DNA of 64,000 nucleotides from a virus (Duplodnaviria; Heunggongvirae; Uroviricota; Caudoviricetes). Shown here piece by piece: positions 9,449-18,023 of this stretch. Below the pieces are notes generated by a model. The model did no database searches and was not told the origin of the DNA. It saw nothing but the letters and a program-made list of their open reading frames with translations. Numbering within the stretch: the first letter of the stretch is position 1; every line of letters starts with the position of its first letter. The stretch spans positions 74,236-138,235 of the IMG/VR virus record IMGVR_UViG_3300029653_000083; one strand, given 5' to 3'. A program made the position numbers and the translations under genes.

Positions 9449-10415
9449 TTAATCAGACAAACCGGCACGGGCACGCATCTTGCGTTTAATCTCGCTACCC
9501 TTGGCGAACAGGCGCTCCATACGGGCCACGGTCTGCAACGCCTTCTTATACTCCTCCAATCGAGAAGAGATTTGCCAATTACGAGGTTCCGCCAACGACT
9601 CCTCAATCAGAGAATCGGGAACATCCCACATAAAGGACATAATCCAACGGCGGTTTTCCCCGCCCATGCGACGCCACAAGCGCACGGCACGCTTACCTTT
9701 GACCCATTCCGGATTATTAAACAAGACTTGGATGGCGGATTCGTCGGAGAGGGAGTCCAGCAATGGGTCTATGTCCGTTTCTTCCGCCAACGGTGCTGAT
9801 AGGATGCGGATGGTTTCATCATCGCTTTTCACCCAATGCTCGAAGCAGAGCCTATCGGCCAGCTTGTTTTCCACCATGTAGCGGATAACGTCGTAATCCG
9901 TTTCCTCCCAGTACAGGCTTGCAACGGTATGCTTTGCGGCGAGCTTGCGTAGTTCGGGGTCTTTGTCCTTAGCGAGGCTGGTCGCGGTCTTGTAGTTGAG
10001 TTTTCCCCTTGTATTCCAAATATTCGGCCACTTTGCGGCGAACGTCCCGACTCCGGTCTTTCAACACGGTTTCGCGTAATCCGTCGTATACGTTTCCGTC
10101 CTTGACTTCCATGTTGTATTCCAGTTTGCAGTTGACGTAGTAGTGGCGGAACGGTAGGGGGAGAGGGAATATTCTTCCACTCTGGTAGATGTTCTTAATG
10201 CTTTCCAGCAGGTCGATTCCCTTGTTGGTAAGCTTCCAACGGTCGCGTTCCTTGTTTAGTTCGATTAGGTTGGCTTCCTTGAATTTATCTAAGGGCTTCT
10301 GGTCGATGTATGCGCTCAGTCGTTGTGAATGGGTTTCATTGTCGAAGTCTTCGAAGCAGTAAACGAGGTTGGCAGTCCACTTTTTGGTAAGACTGTTGAT
10401 TGCGTCGTTGTCCAT
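9449..10415 (-). pseudogene. HEAT-repeat protein paralog of 11331..12254, split by a frameshift at a G4A4 homopolymer (~10000-10010)
   Basis: ORFs 9969..10415 and 9449..9877 together align colinearly with the 307-aa protein of 11331..12254. The N-terminal LPLPFRHYY.. and C-terminal DVPDSLIEE..LEEYKKAL segments are shared. A HEAT-like reading (KDKDPELRKLAAKH) continues in another frame across the 91-nt gap. Confidence 0.5.
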
Positions 10416-10437
10416 GGTTTCTCCTTCTCGGCATATC

Positions 10438-10461
10438 TTGTGTGAACAATTCCAGTATAGC
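10438..10461 (-). promoter_or_regulatory. motif 1
   Basis: ttgtgtgaacaattccagtatagc. Confidence 0.55.
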
Positions 10462-10576
10462 CTAAGTTGAGATAAAACACAACACGCAACCAAGCCAAAA
10501 CGAAGACGCAATCCCCGCCCATACGAAAAAAAAGGAATACGCCCACATGATTTTCCTGCGGGCGTATTCCCATGTT

Positions 10577-10885
10577 TTAGTTCAGAAGTCCGGAGCGATA
10601 CAGAATCCTGCGGATATTGATACTGTGGACGAAAGCGGTGTCAGGCTGTCCAACGAAGTCGGCAAGCTGCTCGTCGGAGCACGTCTCGTCAACGGCGGCA
10701 TCCAAAAACACCTCAGTCGGAGAGTCGAACATCCTACAGCCGACGCCAGCATGACCCTCGATGTGCTCAAACAAGGCGAAGTAGGTCATGTTCTCGTCCG
10801 CAACGCGCAACATGACATAGGAGGCATTGCCGTTGTGGAAGATGTTGTAGTCCTCTGCTCCGAATCGTGCGAAATACTCGTTCAT
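10577..10885 (-). CDS. hypothetical protein, paralog family A (with 16250..16591)
   Basis: MNEYFARFGAEDYNIF..FVHSINIRRILYRS matches MNKSTYFTQYGAEDYNIF..FVHNIHIRRLLHHS; GAGAGAAAGAG RBS. Confidence 0.55.
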   Translation of the reverse strand: MNEYFARFGAEDYNIFHNGNASYVMLRVADENMTYFALFEHIEGHAGVGCRMFDSPTEVFLDAAVDETCSDEQLADFVGQPDTAFVHSINIRRILYRSGLLN

Positions 10886-10904
10886 TGTGGCTCTTTCTCT
10901 CATA

Positions 10905-10930
10905 TTTGTGTGAACAATTCCAGTATATCA
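10905..10930 (-). promoter_or_regulatory. motif 1
   Basis: tttgtgtgaacaattccagtatatca. Confidence 0.55.
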
Positions 10931-11022
10931 TATTTAAGAGAAAGCGCAAAAGCGCAAAAAAACAAAAAGCCGTGCAAATACAAAAAGCATTCACACGACT
11001 CGGAAATTTTTACCACTATTAG

Positions 11023-11319
11023 TTAGTCAAAGTCCGACGGTTCACCATTGACGTAGTTCAAAAACTGGTCGAAGGCATATTGCGCGGTATCCTCATAACG
11101 GCATGGCTTCGGCTGTGCGTTCTTTTCCCGCTCTTTCTGCTCTATTAACTGGTCTATTTGGCTTTGCTCATTGCGGTGTTGCCACGCGAGAGGCTCGTTG
11201 CCTTGGGCTAGGTTCTCATACACCGTGTATTCGTGCCCACGATAGCTGTAGACAAGATAGACCATATGTGCGTCATATCCGTGCCCGTAGTATTTCCTAA
11301 TGAATGTCGCTTTTCGCAT
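11023..11319 (-). CDS. hypothetical protein
   Basis: Internal ATG (MRKATFIRKYYGHGY) with GAAAGGGG RBS, 11 nt after stop of upstream gene. Confidence 0.5.
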   Translation of the reverse strand: MRKATFIRKYYGHGYDAHMVYLVYSYRGHEYTVYENLAQGNEPLAWQHRNEQSQIDQLIEQKEREKNAQPKPCRYEDTAQYAFDQFLNYVNGEPSDFD

Positions 11320-11330
11320 TGCTGCCCCTT

Positions 11331-12254
11331 TCAGCCAATCTCGTGCTCGGCACGCTCCCAAATCTTCCGGCGAATCTCACTGTCCTCGGAAAACATGAAG
11401 CCAAGCTCCAACACTTGACGGACGGCTTCTCGGTATTCCTCCAAACGGTCATGCAAGGCCATGTACGCGTCGCTCTTGAACGCCTGATTGATGAACGAGT
11501 CCGGCATGTCGCGCATGACCTTGACCAGTCTGTAACGTCCCACCTCGTCCGCGTTCTCCCAAGCGTTCATGACACGCTCACAAGTGGCCCACTGCGGCTC
11601 GTCGGCCAGCACATGCGCCACATCCTGCGGGTTAAGACGGGCCAACACTTCATCCACCTTGCCGTCTTCGGTCAGGAGAGCCGCCTGAACGCGAATCTGA
11701 CTGTTGGGATTGTCCAGCCAATGTTCGACGCATTCCTTATCGAAGTTATGGTTATAGATAAGGGTTTTGACCACACGCTCGTCCGACTCCTCGAAGAAGA
11801 GGTGAGGGTCTGCGTTCTTTGCCGCCATGAGTCGAATCTGATAATCCTCGTCGTGGGCCAAACCGTTCGACGTTTCCTTGTCGAGCTTGCTGAACTTGTT
11901 GAGCATTGTGGCCGCTTTCTTGCGAATCTCGGCGCTCCTGTCATGTAGGGCCACTTTGGATAGTTCCTTGACGGGTAGTTTCTTTTCGTCGTATACGCGC
12001 CAGTCGAAGTAGTAGTTACGGACTTTCAGGGGTAGTTCGGAGAGTTTGCCGGAGTTGAAATGCTGTCTAATGTTGGCGAGTTCGTCTTCGCCTGTTTGGG
12101 TGAGAGTCCAGTCGCCCGTCTCGTTTTCCTGAATGAGTCCGGCTTTGGCGAGTTTGGTGATGTCGCGGTCGGGGAATACTCGGCGTTCGGGTTCGCGCTC
12201 GAATCGCATGAATTCGTAGATTGCGGTTTCGTTCCAGTTGATGTTGTCGCTCAT
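11331..12254 (-). CDS. HEAT-repeat protein
   Basis: Repeated D.s..IR..AA..L motifs (HDRSAEIRKKAATML, DEDYQIRLMAAKNA, NPNSQIRVQAALL); start MSDNINW with AAGGAG RBS; first 56 codons of track ORF are motif 1 read-through. Confidence 0.6.
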   Translation of the reverse strand: MSDNINWNETAIYEFMRFEREPERRVFPDRDITKLAKAGLIQENETGDWTLTQTGEDELANIRQHFNSGKLSELPLKVRNYYFDWRVYDEKKLPVKELSKVALHDRSAEIRKKAATMLNKFSKLDKETSNGLAHDEDYQIRLMAAKNADPHLFFEESDERVVKTLIYNHNFDKECVEHWLDNPNSQIRVQAALLTEDGKVDEVLARLNPQDVAHVLADEPQWATCERVMNAWENADEVGRYRLVKVMRDMPDSFINQAFKSDAYMALHDRLEEYREAVRQVLELGFMFSEDSEIRRKIWERAEHEIG

Positions 12255-12276
12255 TTCTGCTCCTTTTGGTTTCCTG

Positions 12277-12303
12277 TTTGTGTGAACAGTTCCAGTATAG
12301 TAC
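12277..12303 (-). promoter_or_regulatory. motif 1
   Basis: gtttgtgtgaacagttccagtatagta. Confidence 0.55.
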
Positions 12304-12330
12304 AGAATAGAGAAATGCTCAACCCCGAAC

Positions 12331-12696
12331 CTAATCAACCAAACGCCCGAAACCATCAAACGGAACCAACGAATACACCAACCAGCCAACAAGCGCCAGC
12401 AATGCAAGCGCCGCAATCGCATACACCAGCGTACCTACGAACAAGCCAGCCAAAAACACGTTCATCTGCCGTTTGCGTTGCTCCAGCAGCTCATACCATT
12501 CGCTTTCGCACCGGTCGAATGCGTCAGCATCCATGCCGGTGCCTCCATGGGCTTGAAGCCAATCGCGTACGGTCGGCATGGGAGGCAGCGGGTCGGATAT
12601 GCAAGCGTGCGGTACAAGCGCGGTTTTAAGCCCTTGCCAAACGCCGTTGAAAAAGAACGCGGGAAAACGTGCGGCCTTCACCGTGCTGGGTATCAT
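12331..12696 (-). CDS. hypothetical membrane protein (C-terminal TM)
   Basis: ATG at 12694-12696 overlaps stop of upstream gene (ATGA), AGGTG RBS. Confidence 0.45.
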   Translation of the reverse strand: MIPSTVKAARFPAFFFNGVWQGLKTALVPHACISDPLPPMPTVRDWLQAHGGTGMDADAFDRCESEWYELLEQRKRQMNVFLAGLFVGTLVYAIAALALLALVGWLVYSLVPFDGFGRLVD

Positions 12697-13412
12697 TTTT
12701 TCACCTGCTGCCTTCGTCCGACAATCTTCTTGCCGCCCACGCTCCGCAACCATGCCAAGCCATGACCATAGGAGACCATACCGGCTTCGACGGTTGGATT
12801 CTGCTGGAACATGTAATGCACTTCCGCGAGTCCATTGCCTCCGTTTGTTTGCAGAATACGAATCCCGTAATCCTTTTCGACTGCCTTGACCGCCATGTCC
12901 CGTTCGAGTTCGTCGAACCAGCCGTAGAGCGGGAGCATGGCGAATGCGGTCAATGCGCCTACGGCGATGAACCGCCAACATGTTTTCGCTCCTACCAACA
13001 ATGCGATTGCCGCCACGAGAATTCCAATGACGGCGATTCCCGTCAACAGTTGACGCCATTTGCCGTTGCAGTCGTATTCGACGGGCGCGTACGGGTTGGT
13101 GGGGGTTGGTGTTGGAGGTGCGGTTTTGTTGGTTTTGCGTGTGGCGGGCTTGTAGGCTTTCGGAGCGGTTTTGTTTACTGTTGAAGTAGTTTTCTCGCTC
13201 GTCTTGCTGGCGGTTTCGTCGGTGTTTTCGGTGGACTTGTCCGCTGTTTTCGGTTCGAATTTCAATGGTGGTGCCGGTGGGTTCAACATCTTTCGTTCCG
13301 TCTTCTTCACGATTTCTTGCAGTTCGATGGTGGTGGACGAGTCGGGTTCATCCATCGGTTCCTGACCTAACATCATGAGGTCGTTTTCCAGTGAGATGTT
13401 CCGTTCTTTCAT
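12693..13412 (-). CDS. hypothetical membrane protein with Thr/Pro/Lys-rich linker
   Basis: Start MKERNISL with AAAGGAAG RBS; two predicted TM helices near C-terminus; motif 2 upstream. Confidence 0.5.
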   Translation of the reverse strand: MKERNISLENDLMMLGQEPMDEPDSSTTIELQEIVKKTERKMLNPPAPPLKFEPKTADKSTENTDETASKTSEKTTSTVNKTAPKAYKPATRKTNKTAPPTPTPTNPYAPVEYDCNGKWRQLLTGIAVIGILVAAIALLVGAKTCWRFIAVGALTAFAMLPLYGWFDELERDMAVKAVEKDYGIRILQTNGGNGLAEVHYMFQQNPTVEAGMVSYGHGLAWLRSVGGKKIVGRRQQVKK

Positions 13413-13443
13413 GTAATTCTTCCTTTCTTTTTTGCCAAATATG

Positions 13444-13490
13444 AGAGAAGTAGAAGGAAGGAGTAATACGGCAGTCTTCCAATTCCAATC
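13444..13490 (-). promoter_or_regulatory. conserved element motif 2, copy b
   Basis: GATTGGAATTGGAAGACTGCCGTATTACTCCTTCCTTCTACTTCTC (gene orientation). Confidence 0.5.
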
Positions 13491-13500
13491 TTGGTGTGGG

Positions 13501-13809
13501 TCAGAGGATTCGGGTTCCCTTGCGGGTGACGAGCATGATTCTGTTTTCGTGACGGTTCTCGAAAACGTCCCAATTGCCACTCAGGACAGCCAAGCACACG
13601 TTGCCTTTGATGAGGTTCCAACGTTCGTCGCAGTTGGATACGACGTGCTTCCAGTTGATTGGATTGGGCTTGTGGTGGGAGGTTTCCACGATAGCTTCGT
13701 TCATGGGCTTGTCCGCGTAGGTGTGGTCGTAGGTGTTGTCTCCGGCGACTACGCTGATGGTGCCGTTGTCGTGGAAGATTGGCTGGTAGTAGGTTTTGGT
13801 GTCGTTCAT
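13501..13809 (-). CDS. hypothetical protein
   Basis: Internal ATG (MNDTKTYYQ) with AAGGAG RBS. Confidence 0.5.
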   Translation of the reverse strand: MNDTKTYYQPIFHDNGTISVVAGDNTYDHTYADKPMNEAIVETSHHKPNPINWKHVVSNCDERWNLIKGNVCLAVLSGNWDVFENRHENRIMLVTRKGTRIL

Positions 13810-13835
13810 TTGTTCTCCTTGGTTGGCTCCGCCTG

Positions 13836-13863
13836 TTTTATGTGGACATTTCCAGTATAGCAC
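13836..13863 (-). promoter_or_regulatory. motif 1
   Basis: gttttatgtggacatttccagtatagca. Confidence 0.5.
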
Positions 13864-13937
13864 GTTTGGATAAATATACAAAACAAGACACGTCCACACA
13901 AAAAGCCCCGCCAAAACGACGGGGCCACAAACCAAAA

Positions 13938-14138
13938 CTATCGATTCATGCTCAATCGAATCTTGACCGCGACGACCAGCAACGCGACTATGAGGGCGCA
14001 GACCGACACGACGCCGAACGTGCGGCCAAACGTGAACAGCCAAGTGCCGAACGAGTAGATGCCGAACGCGACTGCGGTGGTCACTCCACAGAACGCGATG
14101 GTGACGAGCGTCATGAGCAGAACATCCTTGATATGCAT
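13938..14138 (-). CDS. small membrane protein (2 TM)
   Basis: Internal ATG (MHIKDVLL) with AAGGAG RBS. Confidence 0.4.
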   Translation of the reverse strand: MHIKDVLLMTLVTIAFCGVTTAVAFGIYSFGTWLFTFGRTFGVVSVCALIVALLVVAVKIRLSMNR

Positions 14139-14174
14139 TTTTCTCCTTTTGGTGACGGGTTTTGCGAACCCTTG

Positions 14175-14200
14175 TTTGTGTGAACAATTCCAGTATACAT
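14175..14200 (-). promoter_or_regulatory. motif 1
   Basis: tttgtgtgaacaattccagtatacat. Confidence 0.55.
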
Positions 14201-14271
14201 CATGGTGGGATACGACACGCCAAACAAAAAGCGCCCCACCCATCCAAGGGAGAGGCGCTAAAACCCGACGG

Positions 14272-14649
14272 TCAGAACTCATACTCGCAATCGGAATCGA
14301 GATACCATTTGTCGCCGTAACCCCAAAGAACACGACGGATGGTCGCAGGGTCGTTCAGCTCCACGAACTTGGACGCCAATTCATCCACCGGCATGGCGGA
14401 AAAAGCCTTATCCACGGAACCGTAGAATCTATCCCATTCCGCCTGTTCGGCGTCGGAATCGACAAGCTCATGGAACCGTTCGGCAAGCTTTTTGTCCGGT
14501 AGGGTGACTTCCGCAAAATTCGTATCCTCTATGTCCAGCCAAGCGTTGAAACACTTGTCGGCCAAGGCTTCGACTGGGATGGTGAGGATGCTGGAATACG
14601 TGCCTTTCCACGCGTTCCTTTTGAAGAAGCTAACGTCTCTTGCCTTCAT
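14272..14649 (-). CDS. hypothetical protein
   Basis: Internal ATG (MKARDVSFF) with AGGAGGAA RBS. Confidence 0.5.
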   Translation of the reverse strand: MKARDVSFFKRNAWKGTYSSILTIPVEALADKCFNAWLDIEDTNFAEVTLPDKKLAERFHELVDSDAEQAEWDRFYGSVDKAFSAMPVDELASKFVELNDPATIRRVLWGYGDKWYLDSDCEYEF

Positions 14650-14662
14650 TTTCCCGTTCCTC

Positions 14663-15157
14663 CTATTCTTCCTCGCCGTCCGTCTGACGGAGCGGGACGA
14701 TACGGTTCCACTGTTCCTCATACTCGTCCTCCGCGTCCTTGGAACCATTGTCCAGCAGTTTGTTCAACGTGGCTCGTCCTACGTCGCTGAGACGGCTGAT
14801 GCTGCGGAGGATGCTCGCCACGTCGTCGGCTTCGTATAATTTGTTGCGATTGTCCAAAAGTTCCTGATACTTCGAGTCGGTGAGGTTCCAGAGATAGTCT
14901 TCCAGTAGTTTCCAGTCTTCTTTTTCGGCAGAGGGTACTGGAATCGGCTTGGTGAGCCGCCAATCTTCGAGAATGTCCGCCCAAGGGTCGGTCTTGACAT
15001 TGTATTCGCCAAGGTCTTCCTCGTGGGTGAGTTTTTCGATTCGCTGTTCTTCGCCATCCTCGTCCAAGTAGTCTATTGTGAGATATTCACTATCCACTGA
15101 CAAGGTGGAGAGTTCGCGTAGTTTGGTGATTTTGAGGTTGGTGATTGTCTTAATCAT
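14663..15157 (-). CDS. hypothetical acidic protein
   Basis: Internal ATG (MIKTITNL) with AAGGAGG RBS. Confidence 0.5.
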   Translation of the reverse strand: MIKTITNLKITKLRELSTLSVDSEYLTIDYLDEDGEEQRIEKLTHEEDLGEYNVKTDPWADILEDWRLTKPIPVPSAEKEDWKLLEDYLWNLTDSKYQELLDNRNKLYEADDVASILRSISRLSDVGRATLNKLLDNGSKDAEDEYEEQWNRIVPLRQTDGEEE

Positions 15158-15185
15158 TTTTGTTCCTCCTTGTTGGAATCTATCT

Positions 15186-15210
15186 TTTGTGTGAACAATC
15201 CCAGTATACC
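15186..15210 (-). promoter_or_regulatory. motif 1
   Basis: tttgtgtgaacaatcccagtatacc. Confidence 0.55.
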
Positions 15211-15269
15211 ATGTTTGGTAGAAAAACAAAAACAGCCCACCTCCCAAATCAGGAAGACGGGCTGAAAAG

Positions 15270-16094
15270 TCAGGCATTCAGCAAAGCATGGGACGAAACA
15301 CCCATTTCAGACAAGCCCAAACCCACATTGTTCGCGTCGCTCACACCACAAACGAACCCAGCCTTGCTACCACGGGCGGTGGCGACGCGAGCTGCTTCCA
15401 GTTCGAGATTGTCGAAATAGTCGTTGACACGCTGGCTCTTGCGGGCCACAAGCTCACGACCGGAGGGAATGTCCAAGCTCTGCTTGCGAAGCTCCTCGAA
15501 ACGTTCGCTTAAACGTTCGTTGAATCCACCGCGATAACCATAGTAGAACTTGGCGCGTGGATAATCACGACGCATGTACTGTTTGCATTCCGTCAGCGTC
15601 GGATAGGATTCATGTCCGTAATGCGTTTCGACGTATTCCTTGTTGTCCTCATAGTACGCTTTGGCGTGCTGGTCAATCATGTCCGCGTAGCTAGTGCGGG
15701 CGTGGACTGAGCAGTACAGGTCGATGCTTTGGAAGAGAATGACTGCGGCGTTCACATCGTCCTCCTCGCCTACGAACATGACGGCACGTTCCTCAATCCT
15801 TCCGCCACACCGGCTTTCGTGAAGGTAGGCGCGGCATTCGTTAGCTTGGGCGATGATGGTCGCAAGGTAGCCTTGCTGATGGTAGATGGTGGTTTTGCTT
15901 ACGTTCACGCCACGTTCGATGATTGGCTTGTTCGTGCGGGTGCGGTCGCGTTTCCAGTCTTCGATACGATATTCGTTGATGAGTTTCTGTGCCCGCTCGA
16001 ACGCCATTTGCGCCTCATTGTCACTGGAAGCTTCGTTTTCGGCTATTGCCATAAGGTTGTTGATACGTTCGATGATGGTGTTGATGTCGCTCAT
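15270..16094 (-). CDS. DUF2786-like domain protein
   Basis: N-terminal INNLMAIAENEASSDNEAQMAFERAQKLINEY resembles DUF2786 helical N-domain; AAGGAG RBS. Confidence 0.55.
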   Translation of the reverse strand: MSDINTIIERINNLMAIAENEASSDNEAQMAFERAQKLINEYRIEDWKRDRTRTNKPIIERGVNVSKTTIYHQQGYLATIIAQANECRAYLHESRCGGRIEERAVMFVGEEDDVNAAVILFQSIDLYCSVHARTSYADMIDQHAKAYYEDNKEYVETHYGHESYPTLTECKQYMRRDYPRAKFYYGYRGGFNERLSERFEELRKQSLDIPSGRELVARKSQRVNDYFDNLELEAARVATARGSKAGFVCGVSDANNVGLGLSEMGVSSHALLNA

Positions 16095-16122
16095 TTTTTA
16101 CTCCTTGTGTTTCAGACTTCTT

Positions 16123-16148
16123 TTTGTGTGAACAATTCCAGTATACCT
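16123..16148 (-). promoter_or_regulatory. motif 1
   Basis: tttgtgtgaacaattccagtatacct. Confidence 0.55.
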
Positions 16149-16249
16149 GAGTATGAACACAACACGCCCAAAAACACGCAAACAACCCTCAGAAAAACAA
16201 AAACGCTCCCCAGTCCAAAAGGCAAGAAGAACGCTATCCGACAAAAACC

Positions 16250-16591
16250 TCAGGCACCAAGCTTGGAATGGTGCAGAAGCCTACGGATATGGATATTGTG
16301 AACGAACCGACTATGACCATTAATCCTCTTGGCGAACTCCCCATCGGAATACTCACCATCCGGAATACCATTCAGAACGTTCTCCGGAATGTCTGGAAGG
16401 GACTCCGGAAGACGCTCAAACATGTAATAGTTGACACCCTCACATCCTTCGACATGCTCGAAAAGCATGAAGTAGGCACCCTCGGGGTCGTCCATGAAAC
16501 GGCTCAGAACATAGGACTTGGACTTGTTAGCGTTGGCGAAGATGTTGTAATCCTCGGCACCATATTGGGTGAAATATGTGGACTTGTTCAT
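16250..16591 (-). CDS. hypothetical protein, paralog family A
   Basis: Paralog of 10577..10885; AAGGAG RBS. Confidence 0.55.
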   Translation of the reverse strand: MNKSTYFTQYGAEDYNIFANANKSKSYVLSRFMDDPEGAYFMLFEHVEGCEGVNYYMFERLPESLPDIPENVLNGIPDGEYSDGEFAKRINGHSRFVHNIHIRRLLHHSKLGA

Positions 16592-16620
16592 TTTTTCTCC
16601 TTATGTCCTTCAACTTACTT

Positions 16621-16645
16621 TTGTGTGAACGATTCCAGTATACCT
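16621..16645 (-). promoter_or_regulatory. motif 1
   Basis: ttgtgtgaacgattccagtatacct. Confidence 0.55.
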
Positions 16646-16689
16646 CAAGAGAGGATAAAACACAAAAAGAGAGACGGGAACCAAAACGA

Positions 16690-16757
16690 AAACTGTTCCT
16701 CATTAACTTTTAAAGCATTATACTTATTATAATTATTATAAAATCAAGGAGACAGCA
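16690..16757 (+). promoter_or_regulatory. AT-rich sigma70-like promoter region for 16758..17915
   Basis: ~70% AT stretch with TATAAT/TATAAA hexamers and AAGGAG RBS in an otherwise 58% GC context. Confidence 0.45.
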
Positions 16758-17915
16758 ATGACCAACCCATTCAAACCAACCGCCGGACGCATACCCCCAA
16801 TTCTTGTTGGACGAGAAGAAATCATCGAAGACTTCGACTACGCCCTAAAAGACGGAGTAGGAAGCCCCGGACGACTGATGTTTCTCACCGGAGCCAGAGG
16901 AGTCGGCAAAACCGTAATGCTGGACACATTGGGAACACACGCTCAAAAACAAGGATGGCAAGTCTACAACGAAAGCGCTGACAGCGGTTTTACACAAAGA
17001 CTCGTGGACTCACTTACCGGCAAAGATACCACCCGCATATCTGCATACGACATGCCCAGTGTCGGACTGACGGGAAACACCGGAAACCTCGAACTGAGTC
17101 TGGGAAGAATCGAACTCGAACGCAAAGAGGAACGTTCCTTGACATTGCGCCAAGCAGTCGGCAAGCGTCTAGACAAAATGAACGAAAACAGGCAAGGAAT
17201 CCTCATCACCTTGGACGAAGTGCAATCCGGTTCCATGGATGAAATCAGAGCAATGTCTACCGCCGTGCAACATCTCATACGAGAGGGACGGAATATAGCT
17301 TTTATTTTCGCAGGACTACCCTCAGCCGTAAACGACGTGCTGTCAGACAACGCCATCACATTCCTCCAACGGGCAGAACGATACCATTTAGGTTCCGTGC
17401 CCACGGAGAAGGTTCTGAAAGCATTCGAGGAATCGTTCAGCGGGGAAAAGAAAGCCGGAATGGAAACCTTGATACGGTTGACCAATGCCACTCATGGTTA
17501 TCCGTTCATGATTCAGCTGGTGGGTTATTGGGCTTGGAGGGTTTCCGAAACCAACGGCCATGTGAATCAAGTGACCGAGGAGGACGCGGTCAAGGGTATC
17601 GAAAAAGCCCAAGCCAAACTAGGGGATATGGTTCACGCCCCAGCATTGCATGGCTTGCCATCCCATGCGGTGAACTATCTGCTTGCCATGTCGGTGGATG
17701 ATACGGTGTCGAATACAGGTGAAATCGCCCGTCGGTTGAACCGTTCGCCACAGTTCGCCAACGTGTATAGAACCAAGCTGATTGAGAACGATTTGATTGA
17801 GCCGGTCGGTTACGGTGAAGTCGCTTTCAAAATGCCGTATTTGCGGGATTACTTGCGTGAGCATGGGGCTTATTTGCAGATGCGGGAGAATATCAGCGAA
17901 CGCTCGGAGAACTAG
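16758..17915 (+). CDS. AAA ATPase with C-terminal winged-helix (ORC/Cdc6-like, ATPase_2 type)
   Basis: Walker A GARGVGKT, Walker B ILITLDEVQ; only plus-strand gene within the minus-strand island; 5' half lower GC. Confidence 0.7.
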   Translation: MTNPFKPTAGRIPPILVGREEIIEDFDYALKDGVGSPGRLMFLTGARGVGKTVMLDTLGTHAQKQGWQVYNESADSGFTQRLVDSLTGKDTTRISAYDMPSVGLTGNTGNLELSLGRIELERKEERSLTLRQAVGKRLDKMNENRQGILITLDEVQSGSMDEIRAMSTAVQHLIREGRNIAFIFAGLPSAVNDVLSDNAITFLQRAERYHLGSVPTEKVLKAFEESFSGEKKAGMETLIRLTNATHGYPFMIQLVGYWAWRVSETNGHVNQVTEEDAVKGIEKAQAKLGDMVHAPALHGLPSHAVNYLLAMSVDDTVSNTGEIARRLNRSPQFANVYRTKLIENDLIEPVGYGEVAFKMPYLRDYLREHGAYLQMRENISERSEN

Positions 17916-17988
17916 GTTTTGTTGTTCTGGGCGGTTTAGCATGGACAAGCTGGAAGAATTCAAGCTTGCCACCATTTGACATTTACCA

Positions 17989-18023
17989 GAAAGCCCCTCA
18001 ACTAAGGGGGCTTTCCTCTTTTG
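17989..18023 (+). terminator. rho-independent terminator
   Basis: GAAAGCCCCT-caactaa-GGGGGCTTTC followed by CTCTTTTG. Confidence 0.55.

Noticed and set aside
5451-16591. Long N-terminal extensions of many track ORFs (e.g. 5451..5873, 9055..9372, 11331..12422, 13501..14187, 13938..14333, 14663..15277)
   Set aside because: The extensions contain the translated motif 1 (YTGIVHTK, YWNCSHK and similar) and lack an RBS. Internal starts with AAGGAG-type RBS were used instead.
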